Positions 54,523 through 64,000 of a stretch of DNA of 64,000 bases are shown in pieces; positions within the stretch are counted from its first letter, which is position 1, and every line of letters begins with the position of its first letter. Both the position numbers and the translations under genes were made by a program. Location: contig OZ244239.1 of the NCBI GenBank assembly GCA_965217115.1, positions 1,216,001-1,280,000 on the forward strand, in the 5' to 3' direction. This DNA is from Bdellovibrionales bacterium. GTDB taxonomy: Bacteria; Bdellovibrionota; Bdellovibrionia; Bdellovibrionales; CAYMLA01. Under the pieces are notes generated by a model. The model worked only from the letters and a program-made list of their open reading frames with translations. It ran no database searches and was not told where the DNA came from.

Positions 54523-56403
54523 GTGATGAATGAATTTGATATTATTGTAATAGGGGCAGGCCACGCAGGGATAGAGGCTTGCTTGGCGAGTTCAAAAAAG
54601 GGGATGAAAACCCTGATGATCACTCAAAGCCTGGAAAAAGTGGGCTTTATGAGTTGTAATCCCTCTATTGGAGGTTTGGCCAAAGGACATATGGTTAGAG
54701 AGCTGGATGTGCTTGGAGGTGAGATGGGTCGAGCCGCCGACACAACGTGCATTCAATTCAAAAGACTGAACGCGCGGAAGGGCCCCGCGGTGAGAGGCTC
54801 TCGTAGCCAAAACGACAAGGAAAAATATGCGCTTTATATGAAACAAAGATTAACTCTCCAGGAAAACTTAACTTTAAAACAGGGAGAGGTAAAAACTCTT
54901 CTTATTAAAAACCACCAGTGTCGTGGTGTTGTTGTAAAAGACGGGAGTGAAATTCATGCTAAGGCCGTGGTTATTACCGCTGGCACGTTTATGAATGGAG
55001 TTATACATGTTGGCGATCGCTCTATAAATGAAGGTCGAGTGGGAGAAAAAGCTTCCACGGGCTTGTCTGATCAAATTCGTGAAAATGGTTTTTCCGTGCA
55101 ACGCTTAAAAACGGGTACCCCTCCCCGTCTTCACCGAGACTCCATTGATTGGGATAAAACAGAGGCCCAAAATGGAGATAAAGAGTTCTACCCTTTTAGC
55201 TTTCGCTCATCCCGAAAGCTACAACTACCACAGATTCAATGCTTCTTAACGATGACGAACGAAAAAACCCACGAGATTATTCGCAGTAACTTGAAAAGGT
55301 CTCCTCTTTACGGAGCTCTTATTGATGGTGTCGGCCCCCGTTATTGTCCAAGCATTGAAGATAAGATTGTTCGTTTCTATGAAAAAACGACTCACCAAAC
55401 TTTTCTTGAACCAGAGGGTTTAAACTCTAAGAGTATTTATTTACAGGGAATTTCAACAAGTCTTCCAGAGGAAATACAGTATCAGTTTTTAAGAACAATT
55501 CCTGGTTTAGAAAACGTAAAAATGATTCAACCTGGATACGTTGTTGAATATGACTTTATCGAACCGACTCAAATTTTACACACCCTGGAAACCAGAACAG
55601 TTCAGTCTCTTTTCTTGGCAGGCCAGGTGAATGGTTCCAGTGGCTATGAAGAAGCTGCCGCTCAGGGATTTATTGCGGGAATTAATGCTGCACAAAAAGT
55701 TTTAAATGAAAAAGAGTTTATACTTTCTCGTGACGAGGCCTATATTGGAGTTTTAATAGATGATCTTGTGACAAAAGGAACTAAAGAACCCTACCGCATG
55801 TTTACGTCCAGGGCCGAACATCGACTGGTCTTAAGAGAAGACAACACGTTGGATCGCTTGAATGAAAAAGGTTTTTCACAGGGAGTTTTAGATAAAAAAA
55901 CGCATGGTGAAGTGACAGCTTATCTGTTAGAAAAAAAAGAGTATTTCGACAAGCTTGAAAAAACACAGGTTTGTCCGAGTAGAGAAATCCAAAGAAAACT
56001 AGAAGGGCTCAACTCCCCTACTTTGTCAAAACCGATAAGCCTCAAAAGCCTTATTAGGCGTAATGAAATCTCATGTGCTCACGCACCTTTATTTGCCGAA
56101 GGTTTTGAAATACCAAGCTTATTTCATGATCCACTGGAGATAGAGATCAAGTATGAAGGGTATATTAAAAGGCAGTTGGAAATTATTAAGCAGCTAGAAA
56201 AACTTGAAAAAATGAAAATTCCTGCAGATTTAAACTATGCCAATATCCACGGACTGTCGAATGAAGAGGTGGAAAAACTGGGAATCGTAAAGCCGAGAAC
56301 GATCGCTCAAGTTCAAAGAATTAGCGGGGTGAATCCCTCCGCGGTGCAGGCTATATTGGTTCATCTAAAGGGCCATCGAAAAACAAACGAACGACCTGAG
56401 TAG
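54523..56403 (+). CDS. mnmG: tRNA uridine-5-carboxymethylaminomethyl modification enzyme MnmG
   Basis: GAGHAGIEA, MSCNPSIGG, GPRYCPSIEDK, GYEEAAAQG. Confidence 0.98.
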   Translation: MMNEFDIIVIGAGHAGIEACLASSKKGMKTLMITQSLEKVGFMSCNPSIGGLAKGHMVRELDVLGGEMGRAADTTCIQFKRLNARKGPAVRGSRSQNDKEKYALYMKQRLTLQENLTLKQGEVKTLLIKNHQCRGVVVKDGSEIHAKAVVITAGTFMNGVIHVGDRSINEGRVGEKASTGLSDQIRENGFSVQRLKTGTPPRLHRDSIDWDKTEAQNGDKEFYPFSFRSSRKLQLPQIQCFLTMTNEKTHEIIRSNLKRSPLYGALIDGVGPRYCPSIEDKIVRFYEKTTHQTFLEPEGLNSKSIYLQGISTSLPEEIQYQFLRTIPGLENVKMIQPGYVVEYDFIEPTQILHTLETRTVQSLFLAGQVNGSSGYEEAAAQGFIAGINAAQKVLNEKEFILSRDEAYIGVLIDDLVTKGTKEPYRMFTSRAEHRLVLREDNTLDRLNEKGFSQGVLDKKTHGEVTAYLLEKKEYFDKLEKTQVCPSREIQRKLEGLNSPTLSKPISLKSLIRRNEISCAHAPLFAEGFEIPSLFHDPLEIEIKYEGYIKRQLEIIKQLEKLEKMKIPADLNYANIHGLSNEEVEKLGIVKPRTIAQVQRISGVNPSAVQAILVHLKGHRKTNERPE

Positions 56404-56430
56404 TCAAACTGGCCAGTGGAGAACAAAAAA

Positions 56431-57108
56431 ATGAGTAAAACTGCCAATGGGAAAGGCCGAGCACCGGAAAACTGGCGTATTCCTGAGTGGTTTCCAAAAA
56501 TGGAAAAGGAAAAAAAAGAAAAGCTCTACGTTTATTATGGGGAGTTAAAGCACTTTAATAATAAGATTAACCTTGTCTCGCCAAAGACAATGGACAATGC
56601 AGATTTAATTCATTTTGCGGATTCTATTTGTGCTTGTAACTTGATCGTAAAAAACGAGAGTTTTCTCACTGACATACATGATATTGGTAGTGGGAACGGC
56701 TTTCCTGGACTGGTTATGGCGATTTTGTTTCCAGACCTAAAGATAACAGTGGTTGATCGTGATAAGAGAAAAATTGAATTTATTAAACACGTGGCTTGGA
56801 AAATCAAAATAAATAACGTGAGCTATTTAGCTTGCCCCGTAGAGGATTTGCCGAGATGTTCAATTGAGACAGCTATCTCCAGAGGGTTTGCTCCCCTGGA
56901 CAAAGGGCTGGCGTTAACGGGGAATTTATTTAAAAAAGAAAGTCGCTATTTCCACTTAAAAGGGAGCCAATGGAGGGAAGAGGTTAGTCAGGTCTTAGCT
57001 TCTGCCGAGGGACATCCCCTTTGGAGGTCCAGTCTTCTTGGAGAATACCGACGCCCCCTTGAAGAGACGGCATTTGCCGTGATCAAAACAGTAAAAATCG
57101 CCGATTGA
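56431..57108 (+). CDS. rsmG: 16S rRNA m7G527 methyltransferase
   Basis: HFADS, DIGSGNGFPG, SRGF, LKG; follows mnmG. Confidence 0.92.
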   Translation: MSKTANGKGRAPENWRIPEWFPKMEKEKKEKLYVYYGELKHFNNKINLVSPKTMDNADLIHFADSICACNLIVKNESFLTDIHDIGSGNGFPGLVMAILFPDLKITVVDRDKRKIEFIKHVAWKIKINNVSYLACPVEDLPRCSIETAISRGFAPLDKGLALTGNLFKKESRYFHLKGSQWREEVSQVLASAEGHPLWRSSLLGEYRRPLEETAFAVIKTVKIAD

Positions 57109-57231
57109 GAATTGTTTTATAAAAACCGAGTATAATCAGAAGATTAGAGGCGATAAGGGTGTTTTTTGTTCATCTTCAAGGGAGTTTATTGGTCAAAAAA
57201 GACATCAGACAGGCCCTGGATAAAGACAAAG

Positions 57232-57247
57232 TGTTCCACGTGAAACA
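57232..57247. promoter_or_regulatory. parS centromere-like site
   Basis: TGTTCCACGTGAAACA matches the TGTTNCACGTGAAACA consensus; just upstream of parA. Confidence 0.93.
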
Positions 57248-57334
57248 TAAATAACTAGCGTTAAAGAGAAATTATCTTGAAAATTAGGCCAAACTCCGCA
57301 AAAACTAGGGGAGGGACTTTAAGTGAGAGGGGTT

Positions 57335-58180
57335 ATGGGGAAAATAATTTGTGTGACTAATCAAAAAGGCGGGGTTGGGAAGACAACAACAGCCGTAAAC
57401 CTATCTTCGTTCTTGGCCAGTATGGGGAGAAAGGTTCTTCTTGTGGACATGGACCCCCAGGGAAATGCTTCATCAGGCCTTGGAATCAAGCGATTTGATA
57501 TTCAAGACAGCAATGTTTACCATGTTCTTATTGGAAACAAGGAGGTTCATCAGGCTATCCATAAAACGTCTGTTGAGCGTCTTGAGATTGTGCCAGCCAA
57601 TCCTGACCTCGTTGGGGCTGAAATTGAATTAGTGGATATTGAGAGGCGTGAGTTTCGCCTCAAAGCGTCCCTTGAATTGGTAAAAGAAAACTATGATTAT
57701 ATATTTATAGACTGTCCCCCGTCGTTGGGGCTATTAACCTTAAACTCTCTTTCGGCGGCAGATAGTTTTATTGTGCCCCTTCAGTGTGAGTACTACGCCC
57801 TAGAGGGGTTGAGTCAGCTTTTAAACACGGCTGGCCTCGTTAGAAAGGGGCTTAATCCCCGTTTAAAAATAGAGGGAATTGTGCTGACGATGTTTGATAC
57901 CCGGAACAAGCTTAGCCATCAGGTGGTTTCAGAAATTCGAAATCACTTTGGAGACAAGGTTTTCGATTCTGTTATTCCAAGAAATGTGAGAGTGAGCGAG
58001 GCTCCAAGTCACGGTCAGGCTATTTTTGAATATGACCCCCGTTCAATAGGGGCCATTCGTTATTCAGAATTGGCGGCTGAGGTGGATCAAAAAAACAATC
58101 AACAGGCAGATGTGTCTTGCGGTGAAAATCGCAATGGGAATCAAGACGAAGGTCGAGGGGAAAACATTTATGTTAGATAA
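57335..58180 (+). CDS. parA: Chromosome partitioning ATPase ParA/Soj
   Basis: NQKGGVGKTTT, DMDPQGNA, IDCPPSLG, IPRNVRVSEAPSHG. Confidence 0.96.
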   Translation: MGKIICVTNQKGGVGKTTTAVNLSSFLASMGRKVLLVDMDPQGNASSGLGIKRFDIQDSNVYHVLIGNKEVHQAIHKTSVERLEIVPANPDLVGAEIELVDIERREFRLKASLELVKENYDYIFIDCPPSLGLLTLNSLSAADSFIVPLQCEYYALEGLSQLLNTAGLVRKGLNPRLKIEGIVLTMFDTRNKLSHQVVSEIRNHFGDKVFDSVIPRNVRVSEAPSHGQAIFEYDPRSIGAIRYSELAAEVDQKNNQQADVSCGENRNGNQDEGRGENIYVR

Positions 58181-59084
58181 AAAGACAACTAAAAATAGCA
58201 ATCCGCTGGGGCGGGGTTTAGAGGGACTTTTTAAGCATAGCGAGATTGAGGAAAAAGAAAACAACAACAATGTCAGAGACCTATCTGATGAAAAGAGGGT
58301 TTGGTCTATTCCAGTGGAAAAGCTTGTTGCCAACAAAAAGCAACCGAGAAAAACTTTTAATAAAGAGACTCTTCTTGAATTGGCAAATTCGATTCGAGAG
58401 AAGGGGGTTATTCAGCCTATTCTAGCAAGAAAACGAGAGAATGGTTTTTTTGAAATTATCGCAGGGGAGAGGCGATGGAGGGCCTCCCAAGAAGCGGGCC
58501 TAAAAGAAGTCCCTGTTGTTTTAAGAAAGTCTAATGATAAAGACACCTTAGAGGTTGCTTTGATTGAGAATATTCAAAGACAAGATCTTAATCCCATTGA
58601 AGAGGCCGAGGCCTATCAGTTCCTGTTAGAGTCCCACTCAATGACCCAAAAGCAGGTTGCTCAGAAAGTGGGCAAGGACCGAGTGACTGTGGCCAATTCT
58701 TTGCGTCTTTTAGGGTTGGCTCCAAGGGTGAGAGAGATGGTGGTGAACTTGCTTCTATCTGCGGGGCATGGGCGAGCGCTCTTGTCAGTTGAAGAGAAGT
58801 CAGAGCAATTGCAAATGGCGAAAAAAATAGTCACAGAAAAATTGAGTGTAAGGGCTGTGGAGATATTGGTGGCCAAGAAAAACAGAATTTCCAGGGGCGG
58901 GGGGCACGAAGAGCCAGATGCTAGTGAAAAAATGGTTAAACTCTTAGTTGAAGAGCTACAAAGAAAAACAGGAACAAAGGTTAAAATTGACTACAACAAA
59001 GGAAAGGGCAGGGTCTCGGTGTGTTTTTATTCTGATGACGAGTTGGGTAAAATTGTAGAAATGATGGGGAAGGGATGTCGATAG
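58170..59084 (+). CDS. parB: Chromosome partitioning protein ParB
   Basis: LGRGL, QPRK.F, IIAGERRWRA, ALIENIQR.DLNPIEEA, HTH. Confidence 0.96.
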   Translation: MLDKKTTKNSNPLGRGLEGLFKHSEIEEKENNNNVRDLSDEKRVWSIPVEKLVANKKQPRKTFNKETLLELANSIREKGVIQPILARKRENGFFEIIAGERRWRASQEAGLKEVPVVLRKSNDKDTLEVALIENIQRQDLNPIEEAEAYQFLLESHSMTQKQVAQKVGKDRVTVANSLRLLGLAPRVREMVVNLLLSAGHGRALLSVEEKSEQLQMAKKIVTEKLSVRAVEILVAKKNRISRGGGHEEPDASEKMVKLLVEELQRKTGTKVKIDYNKGKGRVSVCFYSDDELGKIVEMMGKGCR

Positions 59085-59482
59085 TAGAAAGGGAAGAAAG
59101 GGAAGAAAGGGAAGAAAGGGAAGAAAGGGAAGAAAAAGAAGCTCCCTCTGAATTTGATTCAGAGGTCTCAGCCATTTTAGACAGAGGGTCTTCTTTCGAG
59201 GGAAAGCTTACTTTTGCTGGAACGGTTCAGATTGGAGGAAATTTTAAGGGAGAGATCTTTACCAATGATATATTGGTTATTAATCGAGGGGCGAAGGTTC
59301 AGGCAGAGATTGAGGCCAGTGTTGTGATTGTTAGCGGCGAGGTTGAGGCCAATATTTACGCCAAGAACAAAGTTTTGATGCACCCTCCGGCCATCTTTAA
59401 AGGGACGGTGACGACGCCAAGTTTACGCATTGATGAAGGGGTTGTGTTTGAGGGGGCTTCTTATATGCCCAGCAAAAAATAA
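59075..59482 (+). CDS. Bactofilin (polymer-forming cytoskeletal protein)
   Basis: ILDRGSSFEGKL...IGGNFKGEI...LRIDEGVVFEG beta-helix repeats; overlaps the parB stop. Confidence 0.9.
   Translation: MSIVEREEREEREEREEREEKEAPSEFDSEVSAILDRGSSFEGKLTFAGTVQIGGNFKGEIFTNDILVINRGAKVQAEIEASVVIVSGEVEANIYAKNKVLMHPPAIFKGTVTTPSLRIDEGVVFEGASYMPSKK
59087..59140 (+). repeat. 9-bp tandem repeat (gaaagggaa)x5 plus one variant unit, encoding (ERE)5-EKE
   Basis: Read directly in the sequence. Confidence 0.95.
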
Positions 59483-59596
59483 AGGCACGTCTAAGGGACT
59501 AGAATTCTTATCATTGCATGATCAAAGGCTTGCCAATGTTTATAGGAAGTATTACTAAGTTCTCTGGAAAAACAAAATAAAACAAGGCAAAGAGTT

Positions 59597-60037
59597 ATGG
59601 AACTACTGACGTCTTTAGGCGTGAATTCGACAATTTGGGCTCAGTTGATTATTTTCATGGGTGTTTATTTTGTCCTTTCCAAGACAGTGTTTGGTCCCTA
59701 CTTAGAAGCTTTGAAAAAGAGAGAAGAAAGTACGGTCGGTGGAGAGGAAAGTGCAGAAAGAATTTTGGAAGAAGTGACCTCCTTAAAAAAAGAGTTTGAA
59801 GAAAAAGCAAAGAAATTAAGCTCTGAACAAATGGTTTTGTATAATCAAGCGCGCGAAGGGGCTCAAAAAAAACATGATAGAGCGATTAGTCAAGCCCGTG
59901 AAGAAGCTGAAGATGTGATTGAAGGTGTTCGTCAAAAAATAAAAAAAAACATAGAACAGGTCAGGAAAGAGATGTTTTCAGAAATTCCAGCTGTTAGCAA
60001 AAACATTGTGGGCAAGTTAGTGGGAGGCGGAAGCTAA
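59597..60037 (+). CDS. ATP synthase subunit b'
   Basis: N-terminal TM (QLIIFMGVYFVL...FGPY) followed by a charged coiled coil; first gene of the cluster. Confidence 0.85.
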   Translation: MELLTSLGVNSTIWAQLIIFMGVYFVLSKTVFGPYLEALKKREESTVGGEESAERILEEVTSLKKEFEEKAKKLSSEQMVLYNQAREGAQKKHDRAISQAREEAEDVIEGVRQKIKKNIEQVRKEMFSEIPAVSKNIVGKLVGGGS

Positions 60038-60607
60038 GTGCTACAGATAAAGGCCATTTTAATTGTTTTAGCTTCTGTGTCTCAAGAGGTTTTTGCGTCG
60101 AACAGTTCTCACGGGGAGGTCATTGAGGTTCCTGGAGTTGTTTTTTATCAAGCCTTAAATGCAGGAATTTTTTTTTTGGGACTGTTTTTGATATTGAGAC
60201 CTCATATAAAAAAATATTTTACTGATCGAAAGAAAAACTTCGATGAGGCGAAGCAGAGAGCTGAAAACTTGTTAGAGGAGGCTCAACAGAGTCACACTCT
60301 TCTTACAGAGAAACTTCTAAAACTAGAGAGAGAGTCGAAAGCCGGAATAGAAAAGGCAAGGGCTGAGGCCGCAGAAATGGGAGAAGAAATAATCAAAGAA
60401 GCTCAGAGAGTGTCTGAAAGAATAAAACGAGAAGGAGCAAGAACGGCAGATCGAGAGATCTCGTTAGCCAAGGAAGCCCTGCGAAAAGAGATGTTAGAAA
60501 AAGCGCTGCAAGCAGCTGAAGAGGCTTTATCTGAACAATTATCTGGTGATGATAAGACTCGATTGCAAAAAGATTTTTGCACTCGAGTTGAGGCGATGAG
60601 ACCATGA
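60038..60607 (+). CDS. atpF: ATP synthase subunit b
   Basis: N-terminal extension, TM (QALNAGIFFLGLFLIL), coiled coil; upstream of atpH. Confidence 0.88.
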   Translation: MLQIKAILIVLASVSQEVFASNSSHGEVIEVPGVVFYQALNAGIFFLGLFLILRPHIKKYFTDRKKNFDEAKQRAENLLEEAQQSHTLLTEKLLKLERESKAGIEKARAEAAEMGEEIIKEAQRVSERIKREGARTADREISLAKEALRKEMLEKALQAAEEALSEQLSGDDKTRLQKDFCTRVEAMRP

Positions 60608-61143
60608 ACAAAGAATTGTCACGCGCCTATGCGACAGCCTTGTATGAGAGCCTGAAGAAAGAGGAGAGGTTGAATACTCTTGAGCAATTAAAAAAAGTTT
60701 CTTCTGCATTTAGAGACAATGAAGTGAAACTTTTTTTTGAGAACCCTTTAATTAGTGAGATTGAAAAAAAAGAAGTTTTTCACAAAGCCCTCGCCCCTTT
60801 AGAAGCAGGGGAGGTTTTTAAAAGCTTTCTCTCTGTTGTTGCAGACAAAAGAAGAGCGGCTTTTTTACCCGAAATCACTGAAACCTTTGAAGAGGTTCTC
60901 AACAAAGAGACAGGCATTACAAAAGGAATAGTTTATAGTGTGGCGAAACTGGAGTCCCATGATAAAGACGATATTGTTCTGAGTATTGAGAAGATTGTTC
61001 AGAAAAAGGTAAATTTGGATTATAAACAAGATGCAAGTTTGCTTGGTGGCTTAGTGGCCGAAGTGGGAAGCTGGCGTTTTGATGATTCTTTAAAATCCCA
61101 TCTTAAAAATTTAAACGATGAATTAAACAGGAGCGTTAACTAA
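60604..61143 (+). CDS. atpH: ATP synthase delta subunit
   Basis: [18 protein letters not shown]...DDSL. Confidence 0.92.
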   Translation: MNKELSRAYATALYESLKKEERLNTLEQLKKVSSAFRDNEVKLFFENPLISEIEKKEVFHKALAPLEAGEVFKSFLSVVADKRRAAFLPEITETFEEVLNKETGITKGIVYSVAKLESHDKDDIVLSIEKIVQKKVNLDYKQDASLLGGLVAEVGSWRFDDSLKSHLKNLNDELNRSVN

Positions 61144-61144
61144 T

Positions 61145-62668
61145 ATGGAAGTCCAAATTCAAGCTGATGAAATCAGTCGGGTGTTGAAAGATCAAATTAG
61201 TAATTACAATAAAAAAATTGAAGTGAGTGAAACGGGGCAGGTTTTAAGTGTCGGTGACGGTGTTGCTCGTGTTTATGGATTAGAAAACGTGATGGCTGGA
61301 GAGCTAGTTGTTTTTCCTAATGATGTTACGGGAATGGTTCTGAACCTAGAGTCAGACATTGTCGGTGTTGTTGTTTTTGGCGAAGACAGAAGCATAAAAG
61401 AGGGCGATAGAGTTAAGAGAACGGGTTCTATTCTTTCGGTGCCAGTGGGCAAGGGGTTATTGGGAAGAGTTGTTGATACATTGGGAAACCCTATTGATGG
61501 CATGGGAGCAATCGACTCAACTCAGAAGAGGCAAGTTGAGTTCAAAGCCCCTGGAATTGTGTCTCGTCAGCCAGTTGAAGAGCCTTTGCAAACTGGAATT
61601 AAGGCTATTGATTCCATGATTCCCATTGGTAGAGGGCAGCGTGAATTGATTATTGGAGACCGTCAAACAGGGAAAACAGCGATTGCAGTGGATACAATTA
61701 TTAATCAAAAAGGACAAAATGTTCACTGCTTTTATGTTGCGATTGGGCAGAAGCGATCTACTGTGGCTCAAGTGGTAGAGAAACTAAAAGCTTCTGGTGC
61801 TATGGATTACACAACGGTGATTGCGGCAACGGCTTCTGATCCAGCGCCTCTGCAGTTTTTATCTGCCTATAGTGGTTGTGCTATGGCTGAATATTTTAGA
61901 GATAATGGAATGCATGCTTTAATTGTCTATGATGATTTAACGAAACAGGCCCAGGCCTATCGTCAGATTTCTTTACTTCTTCGTCGTCCCCCGGGCCGAG
62001 AGGCTTATCCTGGAGATGTGTTTTATATTCACTCTCGTTTATTAGAAAGAGCGGCAAAAATGAGTGAAGATAAAGGTGCCGGATCGTTGACGGCACTGCC
62101 TATTATTGAAACTCAAGCCGGAGATATTGCGGCCTATGTTCCAACGAACGTAATTTCAATCACTGACGGTCAGATTTTTCTTGAAGCGGACCTGTTTAAT
62201 AGTGGTATTCGTCCTGCGGTAAATGTGGGAAAATCAGTGTCTCGAGTGGGCGGTGCAGCTCAGATTAAGGCCATGAAGAGTATTGCGGGAACGTTGAAAT
62301 TAGATTTAGCTCAATTTCGCGAGGTGGAAGCTTTTTCTGCTTTTGCATCTGACTTAGATGATGCGACAAAGGCGCAGTTAAATCGAGGATACCGTCTTGT
62401 TGAGATGTTAAAACAACCGCAGTATCAACCCTATAAAGTGGAAGAACAGGTTGTCATTATCTATGCGGCTTCAAAGGGGTATTTGGATGAAGTCCCTGTA
62501 AAAGATATTCAACGTTATGAAGTTGAATTTATAGAGTTTATGCGATCAAAATACAAAAATCTTTTAGATCAAATCATTAACGATAAAAAAATAACAGATG
62601 AAACTTCCGAGAATCTTGTCGCTGGAATTCAAGAATTTTCAAGGGTTTTTAAAGTTTCTAAGGATTAG
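61145..62668 (+). CDS. atpA: ATP synthase alpha subunit
   Basis: [29 protein letters not shown]. Confidence 0.98.
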   Translation: MEVQIQADEISRVLKDQISNYNKKIEVSETGQVLSVGDGVARVYGLENVMAGELVVFPNDVTGMVLNLESDIVGVVVFGEDRSIKEGDRVKRTGSILSVPVGKGLLGRVVDTLGNPIDGMGAIDSTQKRQVEFKAPGIVSRQPVEEPLQTGIKAIDSMIPIGRGQRELIIGDRQTGKTAIAVDTIINQKGQNVHCFYVAIGQKRSTVAQVVEKLKASGAMDYTTVIAATASDPAPLQFLSAYSGCAMAEYFRDNGMHALIVYDDLTKQAQAYRQISLLLRRPPGREAYPGDVFYIHSRLLERAAKMSEDKGAGSLTALPIIETQAGDIAAYVPTNVISITDGQIFLEADLFNSGIRPAVNVGKSVSRVGGAAQIKAMKSIAGTLKLDLAQFREVEAFSAFASDLDDATKAQLNRGYRLVEMLKQPQYQPYKVEEQVVIIYAASKGYLDEVPVKDIQRYEVEFIEFMRSKYKNLLDQIINDKKITDETSENLVAGIQEFSRVFKVSKD

Positions 62669-62671
62669 TGA

Positions 62672-63547
62672 GTGGGTAATTTAAAAGAAATTCGTGTTCG
62701 AATAGGAAGCACGACTAATACAAAAAAAATCACTTCGGCAATGAAGTTGGTTTCGGCGGCGAAGCTTCGTCGAGCGCAAAATAGAATAACTAACCTGCGG
62801 CCCTATGCATTGAAAATGCTTCAGTTGATTGCCGATGTTGCTTTGACGAATCGAGTTTCACATCCCCTTTTGGAGATAAAGGAAGACGCAGAGAGCTGTC
62901 TTCTTGTTGTTGTGAGTAGTGACCGAGGGCTTTGCGGCGGTTTTAATGCTCAGATTAACAAAGCGGCGCAACAGTTTTTGGACGAAAATAGTAACAAGTA
63001 CGAATCTTTAGATATTCTTTTTGTTGGTCGACGGGCAGCGGATTTTTTTAAAACGAAGGGGACTGAAGGGAAAGAAGTTATTCTCGACCTTGCCAAGGAA
63101 ATCTCCTATGAAATGGCCTCGGATATAGCTCATAAAGTAATGAAAGCTTTTGTTGATGGCGATTACGATGAGATTCAATTTATATATAATGAATTTAAAT
63201 CAGCTATTGCCCAGGAGATTGTTTGTGAGAGAGTACTTCCTGTTGATTTAAAAAAGCAAAGTTTTGATTCAGAAGCTCGTTTTTCGAGGGATATTATTTT
63301 TGAACCATCTCCAGAAAACTTAATTGAAGAACTTTTGCAGAAGCACTTCACAACTCAAGTGTACAGAGTTCTTTCTGAAAGCGTGGCCTCTGAACATGGA
63401 GCAAGAATGAATGCAATGGAAAACGCAACTAAAAATGCAGAGGGAATGATTCAAGAGTTAACACTAAATTATAATAAATTAAGACAAGCTGCGATTACAA
63501 CTGAATTGATTGAAATCACAAGTGGTGCGGAAGCATTAAAGGGATAG
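62672..63547 (+). CDS. atpG: ATP synthase gamma subunit
   Basis: [33 protein letters not shown]. Confidence 0.98.
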   Translation: MGNLKEIRVRIGSTTNTKKITSAMKLVSAAKLRRAQNRITNLRPYALKMLQLIADVALTNRVSHPLLEIKEDAESCLLVVVSSDRGLCGGFNAQINKAAQQFLDENSNKYESLDILFVGRRAADFFKTKGTEGKEVILDLAKEISYEMASDIAHKVMKAFVDGDYDEIQFIYNEFKSAIAQEIVCERVLPVDLKKQSFDSEARFSRDIIFEPSPENLIEELLQKHFTTQVYRVLSESVASEHGARMNAMENATKNAEGMIQELTLNYNKLRQAAITTELIEITSGAEALKG

Positions 63548-63557
63548 GAGTCATCTT

Positions 63558-64000
63558 ATGGAATATGGAAAAGTAAAACAAATATTGGGACCTGTTGTCG
63601 ATGTGGAGTTTAACTCTGAGGAATTACCTCCTATCAATACGGCTTTGCAGTTAACTAACAAAGCAATTGATGACAAAGAGTGGAATTTGGTTTTGGAGGT
63701 CGCTCAACATTTAGGAGACAAGGTGATTCGCGGGATCGCTATGGATTCAACAGATGGTTTGGTTCGAGGAACGAAAGTTAAAAATACAGGAAAAATGATT
63801 ACAGCGCCCGTTGGACGTGAAGTTCTAGGCCGTATTATCAATGTTGTAGGACAACCAATAGATGAAGCGGGTCCATTTAAACCGAAGGACTATTGGAATA
63901 TCCATCGTGATGCCCCGGGGTTTGATGAACAGTCAACAGCCCAGGAGATATTGATAACAGGAATTAAAGTTGTGGATCTTTTGGCTCCTTATGCGAAAGG
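63558..64000 (+). CDS. atpD: ATP synthase beta subunit (truncated by the window end)
   Basis: [18 protein letters not shown]...LEVAQHLG...[11 protein letters not shown]...[22 protein letters not shown]. Confidence 0.95.
   Translation, partial: MEYGKVKQILGPVVDVEFNSEELPPINTALQLTNKAIDDKEWNLVLEVAQHLGDKVIRGIAMDSTDGLVRGTKVKNTGKMITAPVGREVLGRIINVVGQPIDEAGPFKPKDYWNIHRDAPGFDEQSTAQEILITGIKVVDLLAPYAK

Noticed and set aside
57308..59074. KOPS-like GGGNAGGG octamers right of oriC (57308, 59006, 59067) and a reverse copy at 3607
   Set aside because: Polarity fits the origin, but I did not count them systematically and G-rich skew alone could produce them

Overview
Origin-proximal core chromosome of a Bdellovibrionota-like (predatory, former deltaproteobacterial) bacterium; the lineage is inferred from gene content and order. 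The window spans oriC, which lies in the dnaA-dnaN gap and has phased DnaA boxes, DnaA-trios and an AT-rich DUE. The dnaA-dnaN-recF-gyrB-gyrA run continues into the ATP synthase Fo genes, and the rpmH-rnpA-yidD-yidC-jag-mnmE-mnmG-rsmG-parS-parA-parB-bactofilin run continues into the ATP synthase b/F1 genes. Other housekeeping genes include rho, ligA, dapFAB, ftsK, dnaB, rplI/rpsF, sdhCAB, etfBA and surA-pdxA. The two most notable items are (1) a 64-aa bacterial histone-fold gene (Bd0055/HBb-like) at 7621-7815 and (2) a 741-bp-period tandem triplication of a type IVa pilin gene, with near-identical scaffolds, hypervariable C-terminal segments and mosaic polymorphisms, in which each unit also copies the sdhC upstream region and first codons. 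Also noted: a Rho with a repeat-expanded, prion-like disordered N-terminus, an S6:S18-type leader on an rpsF operon lacking rpsR, an unexplained structured intergenic element, and a bactofilin with a 9-bp VNTR coupled to parAB. No rRNA, tRNA, CRISPR array or transposase was seen. Where starts differ from the ORF track they were moved to an RBS-supported codon.
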